This document shows positions 12,430 through 23,938 of a stretch of 64,000 bases of DNA, one piece after another. The DNA is taken from positions 16,652 to 80,651 of the forward strand of contig MCFE01000405.1 in NCBI GenBank assembly GCA_002104905.1, read 5' to 3'. Both the position numbers and the translations under genes were made by a program. Under the pieces are notes generated by a model that worked only from the letters and a program-made list of their open reading frames with translations, ran no database searches and was not told where the DNA came from. Each line of letters begins with the position of its first letter. Within the stretch, counting starts at the first letter, position 1. The stretch is from Basidiobolus meristosporus CBS 931.73 (lineage: Eukaryota; Fungi; Basidiobolomycota).

Positions 12430-15400
12430 ACTGCCTATAACTAAGTAGCTTCACTTTCTGGCTTTCTACTGCATTTTATAAATGCAAGATTGGCTATTAT
12501 TGGCAAAGTCATGGAGTTGGCTTCTCTCCAGTAGATCTGAATCAACCACAGTTCCAGTGCAAGGCCTATTTCCCTTGATGTGTTCCCTCCATATGCATAA
12601 CTCAGTCTGGGAAATACCTTTTGCTATTTACTTCATATGTGATCTGCAGAGACTTATAACTGGTGAGCACTGTTGTTTTCCTACTCTTCACTATTTGACC
12701 TTAAGTTTTCTAATACCAAGTAGTGCTTACAACGGCACTTAGACTAGGTTGTCCTGTTGCTTTAACTGGAAAAACATACTCTCACTGAAGCTATGCTGCT
12801 GGGAACCCCTGTCCTCTAAAAACTACCCCTATGTAAAGTAGTTTGGTCCCATGGGTGGATCCAATCCAGATCAGCCATCACAATCCCATTTAGAGACCAT
12901 AATAATACCAGCAGCTTGGAATTAGTGACCCTCCTAAATATCTTATGATGGTATCCTGATGGTGTCTTGCTAATTTTACAACCAGATGAAGCAATAAAAC
13001 TTGACAATATTTTATTGGTGCTGTGATGATATTTGCATAGTATTGTTGTGGTCTTTTAGCACTCTATGCCTATTTTAAGTGGATCCAGTTGGCCAGGACA
13101 TCCAATTGCCTTATATGGCAAGAAACATGATGGTATTTTGACAGCCTCACAGCAAGACTCTGATGGCATTATATTGGCAGTATGACAGCCTACTGCTGGT
13201 TCTTTATGATGCTACCTTACCAATTTACCAAATGGTATTTCCATTTTTCTACCTCCCCTTGTGCAATTCATATATTCCACTGTAGAATCACCCCTCTTTA
13301 TTTGCTTACCCACTACTGCCTTGGGTATTCCACATATAGTTTGAATCAAAAAAGACTATTGCCTCCTCCTTACTCACCTCTACAAATGTGCAAACCTGAG
13401 CAATTGACATACTTTCATCAACTCAACTTTACGGCTTTTTAGTGTGATACTTGCAAAGTTGCCATAAACCTTGTACTGCTGGTAATAGATACATCTTGCA
13501 ACCATATGCTTGGTTGTTGCCACTTCTGCTATAAATATTTCCTGAATACCTGCAAAAACCTCTCAGTATTTAGCCAATATATGCCTTCTCTCTGCTGGAT
13601 TCTAGTCCCCCTTATAGGTGTGCTCTGGCATTTGTTTGTGTTAATTCCATATTGAATGGTGTAGATGTTGGCTTGTGACCATGAGAAATATGGCATATCT
13701 TGCTAAAGTTTTCCTGATAAAAACTAGTTGCTTGTTGCACCCAACCCAACTTAGCATTACTAAATTGATACCCACACATTGAGGCTGCTCAGCTTTGTAG
13801 TGCAGTAGGCATTGGTGTCTCTGTGTGCACATCTGTCCTCAGTATTTTCCTGCTCTTTCTGGCTGTCCCCCATGTTTGAACTCATCAAATCCATGACAGG
13901 CCTGAAGGTAATATTCTTCATAAGATTGGGCTATGGTAGTACCTGCAAATGGACTTGTCCTTTTATCTCCTCACATATCTGCTCCATAGGAAACTCCCAA
14001 AAGGTGAAGCAAGGCCCAATATTCTTCACACACTGTGCAAGATGCAGTAGAGAATGGATACAGTAGCAGCAGCAATCTACATGTTCAGCTTTATGTTTGC
14101 AATATAGCAGCTCAAATCCTGTCACAAACTCCTCATACAACAGCAGTAGATGAATCAAGTTGGCATTTGTGATCCGCTTCTGGATAAATATTCCTACAAT
14201 GTCCACATATAACTCCCAGTGCTTCCAATTTACTCTTGGTAGGAATGGCTTCAGAGCACCACTTGAATAAATACATATCAAGTTCATCCAGTCATTGCAT
14301 TTGTATTGTTGAATATGAGTATGACTATTAATTGGAGCCCATGAGAAGTACTTAGAGTAGCAGATACTCTGTAATATCTTGCTAATTCTTTCAAACTTCT
14401 CCGGTACCTTAAAGGGCTCATTTAGCTTGAAATGCCCCATGTACAACTTGGTCATCAGAATAGGCATATTGTTGAAAAGCAAATGCATTGCTCCCAGTGA
14501 AAGCTTTTGCTCCAACAGATACCCTTTATCTTAAGTATATCCGGTTTCCAATTGATTCCATATTCTGGCCAATGGCTTATATGTTGCCAACTTTGCTGCA
14601 ATTGCATGCTGACTGCTGTACATTCTCTTTGTGGAATGATGGTGCTCTTAGTGCTGGTGTTTGGGTCGTAATAATGTGTGTGAGTTATGGAGTAAATCCC
14701 CTGGATCTCACACATTTGGCAGCAAAACCATCCATTGTACCCAAAAAAACCTGCTATCTTGCTGTTGGCTGGGGTACCTCCAATGCAGATAATAATATGT
14801 GCCTTTACATGACAGCCAGTTACTGTTATCCTGCTGGAAAGCATGCAAAATTCATCCAGCAATGGATACAGGTAGCTCTCCCAGTTGGACAGTAATTTAG
14901 GCCCATATACCAGTAAGACTACCATAAGATTATTACTCTGATGCTGTAAGATGGGCGGCAGATTCAGATTGATGAGAATCAGTGGCTAGCAGGATCTGCT
15001 GGTAGAGTGCTTGCTTAGCAAGAATCCATCAAGTGATAAAGCAAAGGCATGGTCATACATACCTTTAAGGTAGCCCTTACTTCTTGGCTATTAGCCATGT
15101 TTGCCATCAAATATATTGGATATGTTTGTGCTTGATTGATACTGAGTGCAGTACTGCATAGCTCTGCAATATTTGCTGGACTGCATCAGCTGCTTCAGAC
15201 AGGGTAGATTGTGCACTTGTACCATGTACATGGCAAGTTGCATCCTGGTATGACTTTGACAAGAAGTAGTAATATATCCTCAAAGCCCCCATTACTGATA
15301 TTAGTGGAAATGGGCCACTTCTCTAGCCACAACATTGCATCATTCACCAGTAGATGGATTACTGGGCTCACTTGGCTCCATAAAGAATCATTGATATTTT

Positions 15401-15850
15401 TTCAATGTGTGCTGTCTCATTGCATATAGGAATTTGACCAGGCTCATACATGGAACTGTTGTTAGGGGACATAGGATCAAAATCCCTCAGTGAACCTACT
15501 TTGCCAGGGTTTATCACTCTGCATGCCACATTGAGAAGGCTGATGTGAGCCTAAAGGCACCACAAACTCACCTGACTCAGTTTGCACAAGGTGACAAAGA
15601 CAGCCTGGTGCCAATATAGAAGTATCAACTGGCTGGCAAGATACTGTTGGTACAGTAGTGACTGATGAATGGTCAAATATGACCTAGGTGGCAAAACACT
15701 GGCCATGATTGTTGTAATACTTCCTATGCTGTCTGCGTGCTTCATGGCTGAGAGGCTTGCCACAATAGCTACATGGTCTTGTTTCTCATCTCTTATGGCA
15801 TTGAGTCAAAGCAGTCTTGTCCATGGGGGAAACAGTTTGACCTTCAATAA
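12430..15850 (-). pseudogene. CACTA/EnSpm-like (Tnp2-type) transposase remnant, copy X1
   Basis: ORF pieces IGGTPANSKIAGFFGYNGWFCCQMCEIQG and MHLLFNN...WELYVDIV...HSLLHLAQCVKNIGPCFTFWEFPMEQIC match my recollection of fungal Tnp2-family transposase motifs (GDxPA..G.NG..C..C; HxLxH..GP..W.FPME). Boundaries approximate. Confidence 0.75.
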
Positions 15851-16299
15851 TGTAACGCTATTATATCACTTTTTTGTCAATACCAATGTGAGCTTAAAAC
15901 AGTCTTGTATTTGAGACATTGCATCTGCATGAATGTAAGATTCAATGATGACCCACCATAGTAAGCATTATAAATAAAGTTATGGCACCACATACACATG
16001 TATGTGTAACACTATTTTCCCTTTGGTTTGACTCAATTCCATATATATGCCACCAAAAGATACAGCATAGTTGTCTGGTTCTCAACCAAACCCCACTGCT
16101 GATGGCAACAGAGTAATGGTTGGACAACAGCTTGCTTTGACTTGCAGTGCAACAAGTGGGGCTACATCCAAAAAAGACCCTGTGGGCTGTGTGCCTGCTG
16201 AAGGTAATAATGCAAACTCCTCAGGCTCTCAGTCAAGTAGGCTATTGATAACCTCTGCAGAGCCACAAGCTGACCATTATGCTTAGGCAGATGAGAAGG

Positions 16300-17194
16300 C
16301 GGCAAATGCTGTACTCTTAGTTGAAGATCAGCAAGTGGCCATGATAACATCACCACCACCCATATTAGCAAGTATGTTATCAGCTCATACCAAAGCATTA
16401 ATGAAGCAATTAGGTGCAGTGGCTGACAGGACAGATGCAATGGCGCAGAGAAATCAGGAAACAGTCCACAAACAGGATGAGCAGATAATATGTGTAGAGC
16501 TATCAATATCCCAGGTAGAGAAAACAGTATCTTTGCTGCAAAGGCAGAACTCAAATAGCTCAATGTCACAGCCAAGAATTGAGCCATTTCTCAATGTAAC
16601 AGCAGAGGAACACCATACAGTCTTGAAAGCACAACAGCAGTCCCAAAAGATAAACCCCACAGAAAGAGCTATCACAACATGGGAGAGAGAAAATGTAGTG
16701 TTTATACCAAAGTCTAAAAGCTCCCAACAAGCATCAAAGAGATGTTAGGTAGCTGGAAGAGTGCCAATTAGGGACAAGAAGGTGGACACATATGCACCTG
16801 CACAACATTTATCAAGGAAAAAGCGTAGTACCACTCAAGAAGCACCCAGTCAAAGTAACAGTGAAGGACCTGGCAGTGACAAAAACCAGCTGCCTTACAG
16901 GAGCTTGTCATGACTACAGTTGAGAGCTCAAAACAAGCAGCAAACAAATGTCAGGTTGCCAGAAGAGTGCTAGCCAGGGACAAGCAGGCTAAGACTGCAG
17001 TTCTTGCCAATTAACACCACAAGCCAGGAGCAGACTGAATCCCATCATAGCCAAGAAGAATTATTATCAAGAAAACAGCTGCTTTCACAAGAGGTGGAAG
17101 GCCAGCCAGCTGAGCTACACTGCAGCAAGGTAGATGAGTTTGCTGAAAAAGGCAATTTGTCTATTACTGAAGCCTTTGAAGAGACTAATCCAGT
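16300..17194 (+). pseudogene. Second (divergent) ORF of transposon family X, unknown function, copy X1
   Basis: ORFs 16335-16748 and 17004-17216 have clear homologs at 35780-36800 (+) and, inverted, at 25010-25350 and 53500-53990. Confidence 0.6.
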
Positions 17195-17835
17195 CCCCTA
17201 TGAAAAGTTATTGTAATGATCCCATTAAAAGGCCATCACAAGTTTAAAGTCCTGTGACTAAGAGGTATTGATCCTGCCAGGACACTGTGCAAACACCATC
17301 AACTAATAATTACACCCCAGATTTCACAAAAAACTTGGTCAAAGTCTTCATCATCGCAATAGAAAGTGGTTTTTGATTGATTCTCTGCCAGTTTTCTCAC
17401 TTTCTGATCCCAGACACTTTATCACCTCCTACATTTGTGCACATAGATTGGCTGTTGCCGCTTTTTCACCCTCCTTGCTTCCTGACTCATTTGCTTCTCT
17501 TACTTTTCATGCGTATAAATTGATTTATTTCTGTTGAAACTTCAGTTGTACTTCAATTGCCAATTGTATTGACCTATACAAGTCCCTATACCCTACACTA
17601 ACATGAAGCCTAACCCCACATTCAACAAGTAACTCCATTAAAATCCACCTCTCAATGAGTATATCTGTTGTAACACTCCATTTCCATGACTTTGGGGGAG
17701 CCCTACAGCTTCATGCAACTCTTCATTCACTGTGTCCCATACATCCCAGACTTTGGCCAGCACTGAAAGGTCTAGCACCTCATCTGCCGGTCTTTGCAAT
17801 AAATCCTTGCAATATTCCAGTGGGTTTTCTTGCGC

Positions 17836-18906
17836 TGTAGTGGGGTGACAGTGACACCCACTGACAGATGTGCTCATTCCCTTATTTTCTACTTCCCTAT
17901 ATCTCTACTACACTTATTTTAGTTTTATCCCATTTGTCTTACCCAATCAGTACTATCCCATAAGCCGGTTGACTATCACACCTGCTTACCTTATTGCATA
18001 AGTTACCCCTCACTTTATGTAAGATTACTAGCTATATGTACTTCTATATTAGGCAAGTACCCGCACCAGTACCCGTGACACATGATCAGCCCGTGTCACC
18101 ATCCCTACCATTTCCATACCATATATGGTATCCCCATGTTACACAGGTTTCAGAATACTGATTCCTGATTGGTTGGATATGCTGTGCCTCTTAGAACCTT
18201 CCGGCACCTACTTAGAACATTCTCAGGACATTCTGATGTCATTAAGATTTCTATTGATATCCGGAACCTTCTGGAACACCATTATTAGTAATCACTTAGC
18301 CAGTAAGAAAAGTATATAAGGGAGGCTATCCCTCAACAATAAACCATCATCCCTTTTATCAATATACCGACTTGTTGATTAGTGTGATCACTGCTACCTG
18401 CTGCTACCTGAACTTCCAACCCCAGACCACAGGACACTCCCAGGAAACCGTGCTGACAGCCAACTGACCTTGGAGGCACTACTTGTGAGGAATACTCAGA
18501 GTAGGTATCTTTTATTATATTTGATTCTTTCCCAAGTTTGTTCTTGTACAGGCAAAGATACTTTTCTGTCTTTGTAACTATTGACCACAGCTGCATTCTT
18601 ATCAAGTCCCTGCTGGTGGAGTTTACAGTTGTTTTGACTTTGGAAACTTTAGTACATTGTCATCTCAAAGGACACTGAACCCAGCACATACTTTTGTTAA
18701 GACGCCAACTAAGTTGGGGATTGTAGCTCAATAGTTTTCCCTTGACAAGCTTGTGGCTTTATTCCCCTTCACATTAGATTAGAGACAGAACCCAAGTATT
18801 CCTAGCAAGCTTTTGCCAGAGGTTATTGCACCCAGTGAACACCCCACACACAAAACACTTGAGAAGTGTTGGACGTATCTCTCCCTTGGACCTATACACC
18901 ACCACA
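17836..18906 (+). repeat. G1 5' LTR
   Basis: Bounded by TGTAGT...ACCACA; direct repeat of 23939-25009. Confidence 0.96.
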
Positions 18907-18910
18907 TATT

Positions 18911-18927
18911 TGGCACCCAATGTGGGG
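18911..18927 (+). promoter_or_regulatory. G1 primer-binding site, tRNA-Lys(CUU) type
   Basis: TGGCACCCAATGTGGGG lies 4 nt after the LTR. The G2 copy reads TGGCACCCAACGTGGGG, close to the retroviral Lys1,2 PBS TGGCGCCCAACGTGGGGC. Confidence 0.85.
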
Positions 18928-19046
18928 GGTTCATACAAGCTCCCTAGGACCCAACAAGATTTACCTGAAGATTTGAGCTGTTATCCACCTATTGAAAAGA
19001 GACTACCGATATTACCAAGATTACAACACCAACCTACCTGCCCAAC

Positions 19047-20817
19047 ATGAACTCTATGCCATTACCACTCTCACATGGAGCCCCACAGTCTGATGGAAAG
19101 ATTGTGGAAAGCTTCATATTCAAATGGGAGAAGCTCTGTAAGATGTGCAGCCTATCTGAACAAGAAATGGCTGAAGACTTCCCCTACTACTGCACCAATG
19201 ATATTACCACTAAGCTTCTCAGACAAGGAGACATTCTCACTGACTGGGCCTTAATGAAGACCTACCTACAGACCAAGTATGGTAGACCCCAGATATACTA
19301 TGGAATTGAAGACCTCAGGCACTTTGGAAGAACTGGACTTTCCAAGCTTCCACTTGAAGAGTTCATTCAACAGTATGAAGATATGGCCAAGCCACTCCTA
19401 GAGTCCCAGGCTATAACTGAGTTTACCATGACACTTTACCTTGCACAAGGGCTTCCCCAGGACTTGGCAAGGAAAGTTGACTTACATGCAGCCAAGGATG
19501 ACAAGTCTGGCATTCCTTGCTTTGCAGAGATGAAACGTGTTCTCCTAGAGGCAAATGCAAACTTCTACCTTTATGAGACTCCTGACATCTAATCTGCCAG
19601 ACAAGTCAACCAAGGAGCCAAGGAGTGCTGCTGCTGACAATCAGACCTACAATACCGACAGAATTGACCAACTTGCTGAACAGCTACAAAAGCTAGCCCT
19701 CAAGATTAATGGCTCAGCTGAGGTTGCTACTGAGGGACAAAGACCTTTGCCCAGGCACTGCATCTGGTGTGACTCTACTCAGCATGCCAGACGAGAATGC
19801 TCAGAGCTTAGTCAGCTACTCAGAGAAGGAGCAGTACAGTTTGATGCTGATGGAATGCTTGCTGACAAAGAAGGAAGAAGGATTCCCACTAATTTCTGAA
19901 GAGGAGGGATGAGAGCCCTTTTCCAGAAATCTGACTCAGCAACCAGAAAGATTACTGTTGATGCCCCTATTGGGACTCATAAAGTGAATCCAAGCAGCCC
20001 TGACAACAGACAATATGAAGTTGATGCCTTTGCTACCAAAAGACACCTCCCTGAAGAACCTGCCAAGCCCATCCTTAGAAGACCACGCTTTGAAGAACCT
20101 GAAGTTGTTATTGACAAGAGGCCTAGTATGCTGCCCACCCAAGATCCATTGCCTCACTTTCAGATGACCTCAAAGATAGCAAGCTACTCAAGCCCTCAAC
20201 TGATTACCAAGAAGCTGCTGAAGCAGAACCTCACTTTGTCGGTTGGAGAAATCATGAGTGTATCCCCATCTGTTAGGAAGACCTTTGATGAGCAGCTTAG
20301 AACAAGACGACAAGCTGTTGAACATATGGACACCCATATAATTCAGACAAACCATGAAGACCACCAAAAGGATGACAACACTACTGAATATAAGACCTTT
20401 TACTCAGTTGCTACTGCTGTGGTAAAAGGGTATATATATGATGACCCTGTTGACTGCCATATTGACAGTGGCTCAGAGATTTGTGTTATGCCGCTACACT
20501 TCTGGAAGACACTTAAAAGCAAGGAGCTACTGCCTGTTGATAGAGATATTGGATGGAACATGACCGATGCAAACTCAGGATCTAGTCCACTCTATGGTGT
20601 AGTACACAAGTTCCCTATTGAGGTACAAGGAATCAAGGTCTGGCTTCCCCTCTTCATCTGCCAGAAGGCAAACTTTGACCTTCTGCTAGGTAGACCATGG
20701 GAGACCAGTACTAAGGCTACAACTACCAACTATTCCGATGAGGTCAGTATGGTACACCATACAAGGATCCAACCCAGGACTACAGTCAACCTTCTGTGGT
20801 GTAACACCCAACAATAA
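19047..20817 (+). pseudogene. gag: G1 gag-protease region (disrupted)
   Basis: Capsid-like region, zinc knuckle CIWCDSTQHARREC and aspartic protease HIDSGSE. Broken by +1 T (about 19556), TGA (19897-19899) and +1 A (about 20741) relative to G2. Confidence 0.9.
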
Positions 20818-23800
20818 GAGGACACATACTGCTTGTCAGAAGACACATCTTGTTATGGAAGAAGATGAAGAGCCTGACAATATACACCCCAACATTTGGA
20901 GCTGCTCATTAGGTATACAGGAGCAGACTGCTATGGTTCGGACAAAATACAAGACAGTAGAACAGAAGATTAGACCATCACTTACACCTTTGACTGATGG
21001 ATCCCAACCTGCTGATTACATTAGACCACCAGAAGAAACACCAGATGATACACGACTCACACCTGAGAGACTTAAGCAACTTATCATTGGTGATGGAAAC
21101 CTTACACCAGAGGAGATACTATTATTTAAGGAGACCTTGAAAAGGCATGATAAGGTCTTCTCATATAATGACAAGGAGATGGGACTCTTAAAGACATTGG
21201 TTGAAAAACCCATCAAGATTCATACAGTGCCCCACACACCCTGGTCATTTAAGCCTTACCCACTGCCCAGAGGACTCCAAGCTGATGTGCATGACCTACT
21301 TAAGAAGATAGAAGCTGGTATCCTAGAACCTTGCCATGGACCCTATGCTAACAGATGGTTTGTGACCAAAAAGAAGAATGGAAAGCTCCGATTCATTCAA
21401 GACATGCAACCTGCAAATGCTGTCACTATCAGAGATGCTGCTATACCTCCATCTATTGATGACTTTGCAGAAAGCTTTAGTGGCCACTCCATCTACTCAA
21501 CATACGATCTCTACTCAGGATATGACCAGATTCCCCTTGATGAGACATCAAGAGATATGTTTGCACTACAGACACCATTTGGACTATTAAGGATGACAAG
21601 ACTCAGCCAAGGGGCTACAAACTCCGTGGCTCAGTTCCAGAGATGCATGGTGAATGTGCTATACCAGTTTATACCTGAGAAACTTGCTGTCTTTGTTGAT
21701 GACATAGGCATCAAAGGACCAAAAACCCAGGACACCACTGAAGTCATGCCTGGAGTCAGAAAGTCTGTCTATGATCATATTTCAGACAACAATGCCATAT
21801 TAGGAGCCATTGAAGAAGCTGGACTCACCATCAGTGGTGAGAAAAGCAGCTTTGGTGTATCAGAGATATCCATTGTTGGACAAAAATGCAATACCTTTGG
21901 TCGCTCACCTGGAGATTCCAAGACACAAAAGATATGCAACTGGCCTACCCCCACAAATCTAACGCAAGCTCGTGGCTTTGTGGCAGCTTGTGGGTTCTTT
22001 AGGATCTGGATCCCAAGATTTTCTGAGATAGCAGAACCAATCTACCGGCTACAGAGAAAGAATACCCCATTTATCTGGGGAGAAGAGCAAGAAGAAGCCA
22101 TGCAATTACTGAAAGAGGCCTTAGTATCTCCACCAGTTCTAAGACCTCTTGACTATCAAAACACTGAATGCCCACCTATTTTGACAGTGGATGCAAGCCC
22201 TATAGGAGCTGGAGCACTACTTGGACAAGATGATGAAGATGGCAACCGCTATGCCTGCAGATATGAGAGCTGCCTATTCTCTCCTAGAGAGCAAAGATAC
22301 TCACAGATTAAGAGAGAACTACTAGGAGTTGTGAAGATGCTGAGGAAACTGAAGTCACAACTCTACATGACACACTTTATCCTGGAGACAGATGCCAAGC
22401 CACTTATAGGAATGATCAACAAGCCTGACCTACCTGATGATGCCACAAACCAATGGATGGCATGGCTGAAAATGTTTGACTTTGAGGTCAGACATATCCC
22501 TGGCAAGACAAATGTTGTGGCTGATGCACTCTCCAGGAAGGGACCACAATTTTTTGAAGACTTGGACCCTCACTTTGATGATATTATTGATGCAGATATC
22601 CAACAGATTGCCATCAAAGACCAAGAGAGAACTACCTGGAGTCTGATCAAGGAATATCTAAGGACACTTCAAAAACCTAGTTGGATGGAAATTCAGGAGT
22701 TTAGAAAACTCAGGAAGAAGGCACATCACTACTATCTTAAAGATGATCTTCTCTTTAAGCAAGTGAAGCCTGGACTTATGCCAAGAAGAGTAGTCACTAC
22801 CCCTCAAGAGCAACTGAACATCATGACAAGTATCCACCAAGGAGAACCAGGAGGACATAGAGGACAAGAAGCCACCTACTATACCACAGCTCAGAGGTAC
22901 TACTGGGAAAACATGTACTACAATATTCAACACTTTGTTGAGTCATGTGTAGCCTGCCAGAAGAGATCCTCCAAGCGTTATGAAGAACCACTGCATCCTA
23001 CTTACACAGTCTGTCTATGGCAAAAGGTTGGTATTGACCTTGTCCACATGCCAACAGCTGGATCAAAAAAGTACCTGATTGTTGCTAGAGATGACCTTAG
23101 TGGATGGGCAGAGGCTCGAGCCTTGCCCAACAACAAGAGCCATACCATATGGAGATTTATACTTGAAGACATCATCTGCAGATTTGGCTGCATCCGGCAG
23201 TTTGTTGCTGACAGAGGAGAGATGACATCCCAAATGATCCAGGAGTTGTGCTCAAAGTACAAGATACACATTGCTTTTACAACAGCTTACCACCCTCAAG
23301 CCAATGGAATGATAGAGAGAGGACATGGACCATTGGTGAACTCTCTTGTCAAGACTTGTGAGAATAACACAACACTGTGGCCACAGCAATTACATCTAGC
23401 ACTCTGGGCAGATAGAATTACTACCAAGAGAACAACTGGATTATCGCCATTCAAGCTACTCTATGGACATGACTGCATACTACCAGTTGAGTTAAACACA
23501 GTCACTTGGAACTCATTGAATTGGAGATCCGATATGCAGACTGAAGACCTCCTTGCAACTCGCATACAGCAACTTGATCACCATGACTTGAATATTAGCA
23601 GAGCTGCTGAACAACTTAAGGACACACGACTAAAGAACAAGGTGCCCTTTGACAAATCACACCCAACAAGGCCAAAACCACTATCACTAGGAGACCCAGT
23701 ACTACTCTATGATTCCACCTTGGACAAGCAATGGAGTCAGAAGTTTGACAACAAATGGACTGGCCCCTACCTCATTTCCAAAGTGATTGGAAATGGAAGT

Positions 23801-23899
23801 TATTACATATCTGAGCTTGACAACACCCAGTTGAGAGCACCAGTTGCTGGAAATCGACTTAAGTTATTCAAGCATAGGAATTTCGCACATCAAGATTAG
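20738..23899 (+). CDS. pol: G1 pol (RT, RNase H, integrase), 1053-aa open frame
   Basis: RT (DLYSGYDQI, FVDD), RNase H (TVDAS, KRE, TDAK, ADALSR), integrase HHCC, GIDL/ADRG/NGMIE and a GPY motif; no chromodomain. The true N-terminus is fused to protease upstream. Confidence 0.95.
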   Translation: MRSVWYTIQGSNPGLQSTFCGVTPNNKRTHTACQKTHLVMEEDEEPDNIHPNIWSCSLGIQEQTAMVRTKYKTVEQKIRPSLTPLTDGSQPADYIRPPEETPDDTRLTPERLKQLIIGDGNLTPEEILLFKETLKRHDKVFSYNDKEMGLLKTLVEKPIKIHTVPHTPWSFKPYPLPRGLQADVHDLLKKIEAGILEPCHGPYANRWFVTKKKNGKLRFIQDMQPANAVTIRDAAIPPSIDDFAESFSGHSIYSTYDLYSGYDQIPLDETSRDMFALQTPFGLLRMTRLSQGATNSVAQFQRCMVNVLYQFIPEKLAVFVDDIGIKGPKTQDTTEVMPGVRKSVYDHISDNNAILGAIEEAGLTISGEKSSFGVSEISIVGQKCNTFGRSPGDSKTQKICNWPTPTNLTQARGFVAACGFFRIWIPRFSEIAEPIYRLQRKNTPFIWGEEQEEAMQLLKEALVSPPVLRPLDYQNTECPPILTVDASPIGAGALLGQDDEDGNRYACRYESCLFSPREQRYSQIKRELLGVVKMLRKLKSQLYMTHFILETDAKPLIGMINKPDLPDDATNQWMAWLKMFDFEVRHIPGKTNVVADALSRKGPQFFEDLDPHFDDIIDADIQQIAIKDQERTTWSLIKEYLRTLQKPSWMEIQEFRKLRKKAHHYYLKDDLLFKQVKPGLMPRRVVTTPQEQLNIMTSIHQGEPGGHRGQEATYYTTAQRYYWENMYYNIQHFVESCVACQKRSSKRYEEPLHPTYTVCLWQKVGIDLVHMPTAGSKKYLIVARDDLSGWAEARALPNNKSHTIWRFILEDIICRFGCIRQFVADRGEMTSQMIQELCSKYKIHIAFTTAYHPQANGMIERGHGPLVNSLVKTCENNTTLWPQQLHLALWADRITTKRTTGLSPFKLLYGHDCILPVELNTVTWNSLNWRSDMQTEDLLATRIQQLDHHDLNISRAAEQLKDTRLKNKVPFDKSHPTRPKPLSLGDPVLLYDSTLDKQWSQKFDNKWTGPYLISKVIGNGSYYISELDNTQLRAPVAGNRLKLFKHRNFAHQD

Positions 23900-23924
23900 T
23901 TTGCTTTGACCCAAGTTCAAAGCT

Positions 23925-23938
23925 GAGAGGGGGGTGGA
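23925..23938 (+). promoter_or_regulatory. G1 polypurine tract
   Basis: GAGAGGGGGGTGGA immediately precedes the TG of the 3' LTR. Confidence 0.9.

Noticed and set aside
18333-18605. 90-aa antisense ORF repeated in all three young G LTRs (also 24436-24708 and 61436-61708)
   Set aside because: The repetition simply reflects near-identical LTRs. It starts at TTG, has no recognisable domain, and the internal ATG is GTG in the older solo LTR.
18826-19050. 74-aa upstream ORF whose stop overlaps the gag ATG (ATGA), also 61929-62153
   Set aside because: No ATG. The TTG start is TCG in the G1 3' LTR and so may be a CpG-decay product; nothing supports termination-reinitiation.
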